A stretch of DNA of 64,000 bases from Balanoglossus misakiensis (Eukaryota; Animalia; Hemichordata), in assembly GCA_040954595.2 (NCBI GenBank), contig CM082584.2:6142110-6206109 (forward strand). The letters run 5' to 3'. This document shows, piece after piece, positions 1 through 35,818 of this stretch (the first letter of the stretch is position 1; each line of letters starts with the position of its first letter). Below the pieces are notes generated by a model that saw only the letters and a list, made by a program, of their open reading frames with translations, was not told where the DNA came from and made no database searches. The translations under genes were made by a program, and so were the position numbers.

Positions 1-845
1 TACAGGGAAAGTGTCATTGTAAGTATGGCCACCATTGTCAGGAGTACCAGGATTGCCACATTGTTGCAGACACAACGGAGATGGACCCGTCCAGACACCT
101 TCTTCACATACTATTTGTGATTCTTCGAGACACGTGTATGTTTGTGAATCGTGCAGTTGAAAGCTGTCGTCGCACTCGAAGGTAACCTCGGTACCACTGC
201 ACACTGGATAGACATGATGTTCAGTCTGTGACCCATTTGTTGGCGTGCCAGGATCTGCGCACTCTGCTAAGCAAACTGGAACCGGGTGACTCCATTCACC
301 ATCGAGGCAAGTTGTTGAGGCAGCCTCAAGGCAATCCAGTGTTGCTGCATTCATGAGGCGATAGCCCGCATCACAGTAGAATTCTACGACAGTGTGGTTC
401 GAACACGGGTACACGTGGCTTCCTAACTGTCCACCATTATCTGGAGCTCCCGGGTCTGTACACTGCGGCACACATTCTGGTGCTTCATCACTCCAGACAC
501 CTTCATTGCAGGTTATGTTATGCGAGCCCCTGATCTCATACGTGTAATCACAGATGTAATTTACAGTCGTCCCATCACACACAGGATAAGTAGGTGAACC
601 TACCTGCTGACCGTAGTCTGGCGTGCCTGGGTCTGCACAGTGTGCCCTGCACAGCGGTGGTGGCTCTGTCCAAATGCCGTTGTCACAAACTGTTTGCACT
701 TCTTCGATGCATGATTCCGTGTCTGAATCATACAGGTCATAGCCATCATTACAGCAGTAAGTGACAACAGTACCACCAGACACTGGATATTGGTAATCTT
801 CAACAAGGCACCCGTCTTGTGCAATATCAGGTGAATAGCACGTTT
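1..845 (-). CDS. Gene A exon: tandem sushi/CCP modules (4 complete plus a partial 5th)
   Basis: Acceptor tacag at 846-850 (minus strand). Translation [11 protein letters not shown]...CNDGYDL...[26 protein letters not shown]... has no stop down to position 1. Absent from the ORF track because the frame leaves the window. Confidence 0.9.
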
Positions 846-3800
846 CTGTAGAATAAGCATATGTATACATTCATCAATGAATGATTATCGTCTTACTTTC
901 CTTATATATGAATTATACTATCTCTGAGCCCCTTTTCTGACTAACATATTATACTACATTATAATCTATCATTAGCAGATCATAGCAACCTATCTCAATT
1001 TTAAATTCTAAACAATACCAATTTGAATTTTGATTGACGTGAAGAACTTCAATATTTGCATTGATTCAAATACAAATTGAACTATTCCTGCTTGATTATT
1101 ATTATTTATATTATTATTGCTATCATTATTATTATTGATTGTTATTATTGTTATTTCTAATTCTACAGATATTACCTAAAGAATAGTTATTATTATGCCT
1201 ATGGCTATATATATTTGTTTAATTTTGTTTTATCATAGTTATTGCTTTGCTTTTGCATAGTGTTTGGTTTTGACATTATTGCTGTTACTGCAGGGTAGTA
1301 TCTGATTGTTAGATTGGGATGTTTTAATTCTAAACATTATGAGCTGATTTTAAGGGTATATATGGTCGAGGGATATAGTTATTCTAAGGGTATCTAGGGG
1401 TATAGTTATTTTAAGGATATCTAGGGGTATAGTTATTTTAAGGATATCTAGGGATATACTTAACTAGCGGTATACTTATTCTAAGGGTATATTATTATTA
1501 TCATTATTATCATTATTGATATTTTTATCGTTACCTTTACTTTACCATTGCCGATAATTTACGATGTAAATAATTTATTGGGACATACTTACGAGAACAA
1601 TTCAAGCCATCACCTTCCCAGTCGGGGAAGATACACTCACATGTATATTTCCCACCTACTATAGTACATTGGGCGTTTGTGTCACATTCAATAGTCTCAC
1701 AGTTTATCAGTCCAGCTTCGCATTTGCATTCTTCGGTGCAGTCTTCATTCACCCACGTTTCTCCACCCTTTTACGAGATACAAGTTAAAGGACATGTTTC
1801 ACTTCAGAAAATGACAAGGTGTTTATTACACAAAGATACTCGAGCTGAGTAATGATGACTGGTAGATCATTCTTGCCACTTCAGATAATATTGACATGAT
1901 TGGAACTATTTTGAGATATTTGCATACCGATAAAATGCGTACAAAACGATTAGTATTCGTTGTACTATGGGGAGAATGTGGTATTTCTGTCACTGATAAA
2001 TGATGAATATGTCGTGTGTCGAGGATGGAATGGATGATTTTCCGATCATTGCGAGAACTCGCGAGAGTTGGCTAATTACCGTTAGGGTAACAACCGGTTG
2101 CTAGCCAAGTAATACAAGTCAGGCTTTTTTTTAAGAAACTCGAATAGGATGAAGGGTTGTGGCCTACCGAGTGATATCTGCCGTCGTTGTCTGTACATCC
2201 ACAATCGTCAGGATTGACGCAGATATCCCCAGATAACAGCATACCAGCAGGGCAAAAACATCCTTCCACACATCCGTACTGGTCTTCGGGACATCCACTT
2301 TCAGCAGAGGGATCCACACATGAATTCGGACAAGGCGTTCCACATTCGTCGTACACCATTGGCGCATCACATATAATCACTAAGTAAAGAAAAAAACAGG
2401 CATGATGCAAGTAAAGTTACTATAACACCATTACATGTCTGCATATTTGTGACGTTAATATCAACTTTTGTTCTCTAAATGATCTCAAACGTTTGACTAT
2501 ACACAAAGCCCAATAAGCCTGCATGCAAAACGACTTACAGATACCTCACGAGGACATAATTCTTGAAAAATTAAACAGATTCAACAAACGATTATATGCA
2601 TTCTTGTACGAGACTCAACTTACAGCAGCCAGTCGAAGTTCTCCAGTCACCAAGGTCAACTCCGTTGTCCTGACAGGTTCTCGCATAGGCCTCGGCACTT
2701 TGACAGATGTCGTTGGTTGGACAGTAGTCATACACACAAGTATCATAGAATGGCTGCGGATCCACGACTGAGTGGCAAGCAGCAAATGGTCCTAAAACAA
2801 ATACATGTACAGAAAATTTGCGTTGATTGGCGTTATCATGGAGAGGCCATAGGGAATTAACCATTGACTCATTTGTTTGCTTTGCTATAGCATAACCCTG
2901 AAGTCTCAACTTCGTTTTTAGGACCTGTGAGTTCATTTTAAAGCGTCGTGGAGAAGTACAAGTAACATTTTTATTTCCGTTTGTGGTTATAGTTACCGCG
3001 TGAATACGTCTTTACCACATTCGCTAAAACTCTGTTTATTAGCTTACCTGCAGGGTCCGTAATGACGTCACATTCGAGAGACGGAGGACAAGTTGGCGGT
3101 ACAGCCGTGGCATTACAGTCATCTCGCACTCTCCAACTATCTCCAAATTCAACTTCATCGGACGCCTGTGGAAAATACGCAGATATTCAGATATCGCCTG
3201 TCCGCAGCTTGCTACATTGCCACGGTCGGTTCTGATCACACTAACAATTGACGCCGAATTTCTTTTTGAAACATAATGATCAGCCCTAATGCGTTGATTC
3301 TCTTTCCATCACTTAGTACAAATATGTCATAATAACCGAGGGCTTGATTTGCTTTGAAACATAATGCAAAGTGTATCATACCTCACTGCCGTCTGGAAGT
3401 AACAGTTTAGCCGTTCCGTATTTTCCACACAGCCCTCCTGTTTTATCATCGTAGGCAGAGGGCACCATTGCTGTGAACTGGTGGTAGCCATCCCAGGACA
3501 CGTACAACCCGAATGACGTTTCCAGAACCTGGGAGTTAAAACAGTGCACATTATTTGCAATTTGAGATTTCAATACCAGTTATTCTACAGTGATGACGAG
3601 GAAAGTTGCAACCACCTTAGCCGATGCTTAATAATAACGTACATAGGAGCTATCGTCGGAAAAATTGGAAGACGAATTCTCGAGTGAAAACAACTTGAAA
3701 GGATTCTTAAACATATGGACCAGAAATTAGAAATCCAATCATCTCATTCTTCTCAACAAATCTAAATAAATGTTCCACCCTCACTGGAAATTTTGTGAAA

Positions 3801-6800
3801 CTACATGTATATGGAATATTCGAGGTCTTTGTCTTGGAAATAAAGGCGAACTTACCACCAACTGACCCCTGTACTTAAGGTGGATGTCCGGTGATGGGCT
3901 GTAGGGAAGGTTCACGGTTATACCGTTCACCCTTACTTCGTGGTCGTACATCATGGACACGACCTAAAGATGACAATGCAGGGGAAACTAGTCATTTTCA
4001 GGACTTTTACATTTCTTTTTATCTGTTGTTCATTCCAGTTTCTTTGTTTTTCCTGTAAATTTAACTTCTCGTTGTTTATAAATACATGTACCTATACGAT
4101 AAAGTAAGCCATATTGTTAGACAGGATATGGCTTGACGGCATGATTCGTTAAGCACGACAAATCTTATCAAGAACCAGAGCATAAACCTTTAAACGGTGA
4201 CATTGCACGTTAACCTGTTCACAACCGAAAAAGAACAATGCCATTTCAAGTACGTTCTGCATTCGGTGAAATCAACTGGTTGCACTCATCACGTTGGCAG
4301 AATAGAGGGTCAGCGAACACTGAGACCCTACAGACGGGGTATAACTGGGGATTTCCCCTGGATGACCTAAGTGACCTTACCATGTCTGATAAGAGCAAAC
4401 ATGTAGATGATTAACTCTGACTTCAAGATTAAAGATCTGACAGTAAACCGTTAATGAACCACTGTCTGTTGTCAAATCTATAGCTGCAACTGGTTTGTTT
4501 GTTTGTGACTGAGTATGTGTGTGTGTGCGCGCGTGTGCATCCAGTATACATGACGTGTAAATGGCATCTAGAAACTGGCTTTGGGAATCGTCTAATTTTA
4601 GACCAAGAAAGTTATTCTGTAGCTAAATGAATGGTGTGGACCGCGGGCATAAAAGAGGAAAGTCTCTGTTAAAATGTATACTCACGGTTGCATCCACGGT
4701 AACGTTGATTTCATTGAATACAGAATACCTATTGTCTGTTTCCCAGGGTTGCGTTTCCCCGGTGACGATAAATGGGTTTTGCATTGTGTTGTCCGTCTGC
4801 ACTAGGTAATAGGTGCACACCCCCTGGTAGCTGTACCTCACACCGTCAAATGTTAGAAAATGCGGATCACCGTATCCGGTGCACACTTTCCTCTCTGAAA
4901 AAGAAAACCCAGAATATGTCTCAGTGTCGAAGTTAGGACAAGTGAACCTACATGTAAACACTAAAGAGATATTGATGTGTTTATGATGGTGTTATTGTCA
5001 CTAATAGCAAAACCCAAAACGCAAATAGTATCCAAGTTGCCCCCGTTCTATTCGGAGAAATGTGGGCATCACCGTCATGAAAACTAAACGGCTAAGTTAC
5101 ATATTTTTTACTACTATTTGGTAACCAAAACTGTTAAATCTGTTGTAGCTATTTGTGAACTCTTTGCACAACAAGGCGATGGTCGAGAATGTAAACATCT
5201 GTTTTTTTCACTGAAAATTTCTTTCATTTTTTAAAGTGGTTATGCTTGGAAAAGGTACATCTTTTCGAAAGAAGTGTTATTACCCTGAATTGGTTTAAGG
5301 ATTTTGATGACAGCTTTGGGTTTGTGATCGTCCATGGATGATTTGTTTATGTTTACCTTCAACAGTGACGTCAAATATGCAAGTGTCTTGCACGACAGCT
5401 GCGTCTATCAGGGTGTACGTGACCGTCGTCGTTCCAGTATCAAACGAATCGCCTGGCAGGTGAGTGGATGTCACGAGGGCTCCAGCACTGCCACACTCCA
5501 CGCCTGGCTCAGTCCACCAGACTTGTGTCGATCCCGATCCATCGTCGCTGTAATGCACTGGCACATTCTCGGGACAGTCCACGAACGAGGGTAGGTCTGT
5601 TTCGAGCAAACAATAAGAGACGACAAAGTTTAAAATCATGCAAACTCAAAACAACCACGGGCAAAGAGGATAGGGTTTCGCTTTTTAAAATAAAGAATTG
5701 ATAAGAACACTGCAAAACGAACTTGAACGGAAGCTTTCAGATATCCTCTGTCATTTCCTTGATATATTTCTATCATTTCTGCCACGTTTTACCATCACGC
5801 CCAATCGTTCTAGACACGGCGACATCAATCGTACGCACCCGAGCTGCCCGTCAGCTATTTCTTTCAAACATTCTCGTTATCCACTGTGCGTCTTCATAAG
5901 TCCACTGCAATCTATGCTCATGTCAATACATACATACGTGCATGCCACTTAGTATACATGTATATGTTCATACCTGTTGTCGCAAAAGTGGTTTGTGTGG
6001 TATCAACTGGATCAGGTTCGGAACTGTGAATACTGCTGATGTAATACAGATAGGTACTTGTCCGCTGCAGATTGTACGCCGTACAACCTATTCTGTCTCC
6101 TGCCACAGGCATTGGATGCGCTGGGTCCAAATGACCAGCTTCGCACAGAACACCTTCACTCGGCGGACCGTATAGCAGATTGTACCCTATGACTTGGTAT
6201 TTTTCGGGGGTCAAACCAGTGGTCTGCACTTCCCAGCTGATGTCAGAGCTCTCGCATCTCGACGACACTTGTATGGTAGATGTGGTGACAGGAACCATGA
6301 CAACTGGGAGAGAGAAAACGACGCGGACGTTTCTGAAATTATCATTTACCTGATTTCTGCAGCGCAGGTTTGAAATAAAACGCACACATGCAGTCGATTC
6401 CAATACAAATATTTTGACGGCGTAACAGTCAAATGAAAAGGACAGATATTGTTTTACTTACGATTCTCGCAATTCGTTCCACCGGTACCCGCCGGACAAC
6501 TACACATATAACCGCCACCTTGTTCGAGACACAATCCGCCATTTTGGCAGGGGCTGGAATCACATGGGTCAGCAACCAGTTCACAGTCATCTCCCGTCCA
6601 TCCACTGGCACAGGTACACTTGTATGAGACGCCGTCATCCCAGCATGTTCCACCGTTTTGACAAGGGTAGCTGGCTTGGTGACAGAAATCCACTGAAAAT
6701 AGACATACGTGACGTGGAGGTTAGTAGGTGTACCACCAAACATGTTTTCTTTTAAATCAGAAATATTAAGTCAAATACCAAAAAGGGGTCCGCCAACTAA

Positions 6801-9757
6801 GTATACTGTTGAAGAGCAAGGGAATGGGGAAAGCCGCTCAAATCTGAGACGTTTCAGGACCACTTAAACCGTTCACACGTAATAATTTACGCCAGTATTT
6901 GGATCTGAGACGTTTCAGAAACGTCTTAATGGTCTCTGTGTGACCCCCATATAACTCACCGCTGACTATAGATATCGTATCTATGGTAACCCCGCCAGCA
7001 TCCAGCAATTCTACGGTGATGGTGTATGTTACGCCCGGTGCGATTGGCAGGAATGCGTAGTGGTGTCTGCCGTCTGGTTGTAGCAGGTGGTAGGTCTCCG
7101 TTGCATCCAGCTGTACGCTGGCGGTTCCATCTTCTGCCGGTGGGTCGATGGAGAGGCGGCTACCCTGAATGTTCAGCGGGTCGCCGTTCACCAGAAAGCT
7201 CGTGGATATGGTGTCGTCTCTGCGTTCATCTATGCGTATGTCGTTGAACGTGTTCTGGCATAAAACTGCAATGGAAACGTGATCAGAATCAACGATGTAC
7301 AAGATTCGTAACGGCGCTGTGGCCAATGAGTGTCGGTCTTCGTCTGTATACCCAAGCTATAGCATTTTTATAAAATTAGACAGAACATTGTGCACAGGCT
7401 ATAGATTTGAATAACATTTCGACAGGAAATATGAGAAAAACACTTTGGTTGTTGTTGTTGTTGTTGTTGTTTACTTGTATTTTTCACGGACTTGCAGAGT
7501 GTAAACCAACATGTAAGTCAGACCAGGGTTAATTCAAACCGAATTCGAATAACTCTGAAACTTTGGTCATGTTACTGTCCATGAAAAATTTCGGTGCAAC
7601 TGATATCCATTGGTATTCAAAACAGACAAAATAGAGGACAGAGCCAAAGGCTAGCTGCCTTTTGTGGGAATTTCTGACGAGTGTTTATCATCCCTAGATC
7701 CATAAGATAAATTAGTCAGTGAACCGAAAAAAATGACCGCCTTAAATTTTACACGGGAAAATCAAGAACACATCCTTAATAGAAGTTAAAGCGATCATTC
7801 GGAAATTATGGGTGTTTAATAGTCGTTATAAATGCGACCAAGTGAGACATTTTACACTCGGAGGTAAATTTCCTTTCGAGACCAAACTTATTTTTACTCT
7901 CGGACATATACTGCGAATTCGCCGGAAGCCATGGATCATATCACGTGCAAAGTATCTCTTCAAAACAAAGTTGCCCGTGGCAACCAGAAATGATTACTCT
8001 AATTGTTCAATAACTACTTATTTTAATCCGCGGTCGATCGATTTCTGAACATATGTGGCGGATCATTGTTTTTGAATTTGACGTCACGCATCAATACTCC
8101 GCCACATCAAAGCTGCGCCATGGTAACCACAGCTAACACTGGGCTAATATTATTGTCTGTCATTTTGAAACTTGTATCTCTTTTGATCTCTGTTTCTCTT
8201 CTGTAGACGACGAAAATATGTGCAGTATTGATTTTAAATGGTAACATATACAAAACGTGTGGTTAAATAATTACTCCAAAATGCGGTGCGCCCTCTTTAA
8301 TGATAACGCTTATTGTCTTTCGTCACCTAATTGACTTTGGGTAGAACGCATTTCACTTCATGGAATGGTGAAAAAAACCTTCCATTAAACGATTATTTTT
8401 TATTCAGTTATTTTCTCAATAAACAATCGTGCATGATTATTGCAGGTTAATGTGCGTACATTCCCGGGCGACAAGAAGTAATCCCATCGCCTACGTGACC
8501 GCTGAGGGCGTAAGGTACAGTGGAACCGTTGGCCAATCGGCAAACCAAACAATGGCAGAAACGGCAGTTCGCAAAGATCACCGGGATCGCGAGCATTACT
8601 CAATAGCTTGTTTAATTAACTAACAATATACCATCGAGCTTTCATGGCAATTCGATTTTAAAATAATTTTGTAAAGGCCGACAAAAAAAACGAACTAATT
8701 AAAAAGAAAGATGAACGCAAGGCAGCCTTTCTGATACAAAAACAAAAAGAAGTTTATAGGTGAACTGCCGTGCTTTTAACTCGACGAAATTAGTAAATGT
8801 GTCTTTTTTAAGTCCGCTGTCCCTGATTACGGTTTGATGTTGGCAACTCCACCAAAATAAAGTCTCATAGCATAATGAATTCAAAATCCTTGTGTTACCT
8901 TCTCAATGACAACGCTTTCACCCATTGAGTTTCGAGATTTCCTGGTTTTAATCACGCTTGAATAAGACGAGTTACTTGCAGGAGGCGGTTGGGTGGGGAG
9001 GGGGGTCGAGGGAAGGCGGAGAAAAAGTGCCTTCTAATGTGATTAACTAAATTACTAGTGTTTCACACGCTGCATAAAATATTCTACAGTACGAGGTGGC
9101 GTTCTAACAATCTGCGTGAAATGGTATTGTCCAGTTTCGAGACGAGGAATTACTCGAAGATATCTCTACGTATGTCTCAATTAGCTTTAAGCCAATGGCT
9201 CCCAAAATGCCATCGACACCAAAGCGCGGACACCAAACATCGTCAGCACAAAGTAACATTTCTGCGGAGATCACATTGCAAGCGTGGAAAGCTATTTTTC
9301 TGAAGTTGGCTGTTCACAATTGCTCGTTTGATCCCGTTGTATACTATTTCGCGTGATGGTTACAGTGAACGTTACATTGGATGGTAATTATCGTGTGACA
9401 TGAAAAATACCGAAGTATAGAAATTGAACGTGAAAGCCATCAATATTTCGTATAGCAATAATTTAAATGAACTGCATTCTGACTTTGACAGTCTTAGAGT
9501 CATACTACAATTTTCCCCTTGGAAGTCAGTTTTACACCCCTCGATAATTTGCTTTTCAATACAAATTACCGCTCGGTGACGTCAAAGTGTAAATACACTG
9601 TACAAGCAAAGGGGCCGCTACATGCATATCAGCCATATTGGGCGCTAATAATTAAAGCAAGAAAATGAATACCGATAGTTTTCTTACCTGGCGAAATGCA
9701 CAAGGTTATCGCCACGGCGACAACCGCGTTCACGATAAACTCCTTGGAAGCTTTCAT
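1..9757 (-). CDS. Gene A (3'-truncated by window edge): secreted/membrane mosaic protein SP-FN3like-2xEGF-FN3-HYR-VWD-C8-TIL-TILa/EGF-CCP array (zonadhesin/FCGBP/alpha-tectorin-like VWD assembly)
   Basis: Phase-consistent GT-AG exons in transcription order: 9688-9757 ([23 protein letters not shown], signal peptide), 6960-7265, 6462-6692 (2 EGF), 5974-6303 (FN3), 5357-5596 (HYR), 4686-4894 (VWD start, CTGYGDPHF), 3856-3963, 3382-3528, 3048-3165, 2624-2791 (C8), 2168-2379 (TIL), 1593-1767 (TILa+EGF), and <1-845 (CCPs, frame open to the edge). Confidence 0.88.
1351..1491. repeat. Imperfect ~27-bp minisatellite (gttattttaaggatatctaggggtata), about 4-5 copies
   Basis: Read directly; lies in a gene A intron. 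Confidence 0.75.
9688..9757 (-). CDS. Gene A first coding exon (signal peptide)
   Basis: ATG at 9757, hydrophobic [17 protein letters not shown], then a strong donor G|GTAAG in phase 1. It joins in frame to the phase-1 exon 6960-7265 (VLCQNTF...). Confidence 0.75.
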
Positions 9758-12608
9758 TCCTCCCGAGACGCGATAAGAAATCAGATATCAGGACATGGTT
9801 GTCGACACAACATAGAAGTCGGCCGTTTGGTTATCGCCCGGGACGGTTTTTGTAAAACCCCAAAGAGCCCGAAGAGACGATGGCGGGGGAGGGGAAACGT
9901 GACAGAATCGCGCCTTATCCGTCTTGTTGGCAGGTGGGTGTGATCTGTCGCGATTTGCATACGTGACGCGCAGTCAGGGGACTACTTTCTTGCCGGGAAC
10001 CCAACAAAAAACACCAAAGTGGTTAATTCCGGGTATAATCTTTGCCATGGCAACTTTTCCTACCACGCCTTACCGATTTCGACGAAAAAAACTGAGTAAT
10101 TTTACCAAATATACACGTTACCCGACAATATAGAGCCTGAAATAGGCGTTCCCTCCAAATCCAGCTGATAGTAGCTCCGCCCTCCAGAATGAGCGAGTAA
10201 AGGTTACATGGTTTACATACTGTGCTGTCATTCGATGACACACTTATCACGGTTTTTATCCTAGTTGCTTAGTTACTCGATAATACATTATGCTATCATT
10301 TCGCGGGTCAAAAGTACCTTATTCGAAAAGGAAAAAAAATAAGAATTTCGCAACATTTGAACGCACCTATGTTTAAGCAGAATTATGGTCACACAATGAA
10401 GACAGGGACTGCCACACAATAGGGGAAACCCCCAATACCAGTTTGATGGCCGAATTTAGCAGTAATGGATGACGTCACTGTTTAAATCATTTTGCGCGGC
10501 TCGTTTCCATGCACACCTGGCAGGGAAAGACAACGCACAATTAATATGCAGGAATTTGAGATATTTCGTTCCCCTGTCGGGTTAAATTCATTTCCTTCCT
10601 CTGTGATGTCTGTATTTGTGCGAATGTGTGAGAAAAAAGACCAGAATCACATCACGATAAATTTTAAAGTTTTGAGGTAAGGCGTCAAAAGACAATGGTG
10701 GTACTCATTCTGTACCCATCTGCAGGAAGGACGTTACGTGTAATTGGACAACAAGGTGCTTCGCATTATATACAGCGCACTGTTGTAATCATTAACGAGA
10801 ACCCCTGCATGCATGGCGAGGAAACTGCTCGAACTGTCAGTTAAATTTATTGGTTGCCTGAAACTACAACGTGCTGTTGCTGTCGTTGACTGTAACAAAA
10901 CATAAGTTTTGTCAAATCTCACCATTGCCGATTCGGAAAAAAACACGCGACGTGACAGGTGTCACGGTACACATAGAGACATAGAATACACAGTTGGCCT
11001 ACTCTGCTTGCGGACAGAGGTCAAGTCATGGCGGTTATACCCGGATTTGGGAAAAATCGGCCGGTTATTTTGGACAAGATATTCATTATGCGTGAATTTC
11101 GATCACCACAACAAGTAAATTCATCATCACTGACTCATGACAATAACACGATCGGTCTTTTTATAAGTACACGTTCCTTTGTGAAGCGTGCGTTCTGGTC
11201 AATGTTCAACTGCAGTAGGCCTAAAGTTACATGCCTTGATCTTTCGTTTTCGCATTTTGATAAACGGAAATAAAACGATTGCAAATAAACGCTAAAGGCT
11301 ATTAGGCAGCATGGTATGGATGAAAGCATAAAATAATGATTCTTAATACATTTTTTATCGGATTTCAACATGTTGGCAAATACATGTAAGCTTACAATGT
11401 ACATTGTACATGTACATGTATATACCTTTACATGCATTACTAATGATATCGACATCCAACTCACCGAATTTCTCAAATAATGACTGTTAAAGGGTTTGGG
11501 AACACATTTTTCTATAGAAATGTACTGTGGATGAACACCATAACCGATGAAATATTTAATTGATTCACCGGAGGTTTCAATCAAAAGGTTGACCAGTGGT
11601 ATATGTTCAATTAATTAGTCAAATCCAGTAACTTGAACAGAGCAGTGCCGGGTTCACCATAAATAGTACCAAGTCATTGTCCTGAAAATCCCGATAAAGT
11701 ATGAGGTGCGCATATCGGAAGGAAAATGCGAAAGAATGTCCGGGCTGAACACAGTTGAGACTCGTGTGAGTGACGTCGGTGAGCCGCGGTGGTGCGTGTC
11801 GCCGAGTGCGCCCTCAAGCCCGAGAGATCCTGTTTCTATTTCCGACGATTTGGTCTTAGAGAGCTGCAATAATGAAGAATATAAAAATTGGTCAAGCAAC
11901 ATTTATTGATTATCGAACGTTTCTTTGTAATTGTTTTTTAAATCTCACAAACACATGTGTCGCCAAAACTGTGGCTTTCTGGCCCTTTCGCGCAAGGTAA
12001 CGTGAACGGAGAGAAGACACCCGTAAACTTGCTGTTCCCCGCCGTGAACAAGTGCCGCGAGGTTAGGTTTCTGAAAGAATTAACAATACCTTTACTTTTC
12101 GTTTCGTGATTTCGCCTTACCTTCAGGTTAGGTCTAAGTGCGTGCGTGCATAGGCACCCTGTTGTGAGACGTCCGTTGTCGACACAGTCAAAGCCTTTCT
12201 TTATCTTTGGGTGCTTGCAGTGTAAAAAATCTCGAAAAAAAAGATGGCGGTCTACATACATGTAGTATACGTAGCAAGATATTATTCTCCAAGCGGACAT
12301 CGCGGATTGATTCCGATGTGCTTGCATCCGAGTGAGAAGTCCAGGCGCAATAAATGAAATGGAGGGGGTGCATTCTGTCACAAGATTGATTGACAGCTCA
12401 CGTCTCGCATGAGTTGTCATGGCAAACACATTCTCTTTCAACTTCGCGAGAATTGCAACTGAAATGAAAGGTACGTCACGGGACAAGCCGGAAATGCAAC
12501 CAAACGGCACGTAACACCAAACTAAACCCGCAATATAATCAGATTTTGATCTGGAAGAGGGGAGACGACAGTGATAGACGTTTATATATCGCTACCAAGA
12601 TTACGGCG

Positions 12609-34845
<22,237 letters not shown>

Positions 34846-34967
34846 AAAAATGTATAAACTGTTTTCTTGTGACGTTTTCATGTGTGTCATTGTAACTTTT
34901 GTAATGCTTAGATATAACATTCAAAAGTTCGGTGTATATTAGTCAGATACAAACACGTTAACATTAA

Positions 34968-34973
34968 AATAAA
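34968..34973 (+). promoter_or_regulatory. Candidate polyadenylation signal of gene B
   Basis: AATAAA about 120 nt after the stop, followed by T/GT-rich sequence. Confidence 0.4.
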
Positions 34974-35741
34974 CTACCCGATTGTGAACACAGGGTTTAT
35001 CTTACTTTGGTTGTGAAATCATTGTACAACCATCGCGGTCGTTTATAACATAAATCTCTCTTTCTCCTTTTGAAATGGGTTTACAGACTGTGAAATTTTA
35101 TCACACTTTGAGTGATTTTTTTTCTATTTTAAGGTTCTATTTAACATTGCGTTTGTATTAGATTAGCGAAATTATAATTGTAGTGCATTTTGAAATGATT
35201 CTCTTTATTTGTTGGCACATAAGATGTTTATGCATCCTTTTACTGAAAATTTGAATGTTCACTTGATTATTCAAAAGTTTTGATTTTTCTTATGATATTC
35301 CCAGACGCCTGTTTCTGATGCAGGTATTAAGGTCGGGACTCGAATGTATGTTAATTATGACATATGTGGCTGAAACATTGAAATTCGCATTACCGAACTG
35401 TGGGAGGCTGACAGATTTTGATGGAGTGGATTATGTCAAATTTCAATGCTATACAGTCATCCCTTTTTAAAGTATTCCAGAAAACAATAAAGCTGCAGAG
35501 ATTTGTACAATGGCTGTTAAACTGCGTATTTGCTCGGATTGCTGATTGGACGGTTTGCTTCTCAATATCTTCTTTTTAACCGCATTTGGTCTGGTCATTA
35601 ACCTACGAAATTGGGTTTCTTAAAGTAAACGAAAGTATTTATTCAAGAAATGTGTGGGGGAGTATATCCTGGGTACGGACACTTTACACTATGTTGAGTT
35701 ACGGTTAGTCGATGACTACATGTATGGCAATATCATTTCCT

Positions 35742-35818
35742 TGTCTGTCTGTCTGTCTGTCTGTCAGTCTGTCTGTCAGTCTGTCTGTCTGTCTGTACGC
35801 CCGTACGTACGTACGTAC
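35742..35818. repeat. (GTCT)n grading into (GTAC)n microsatellite
   Basis: Read directly. Confidence 0.85.
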
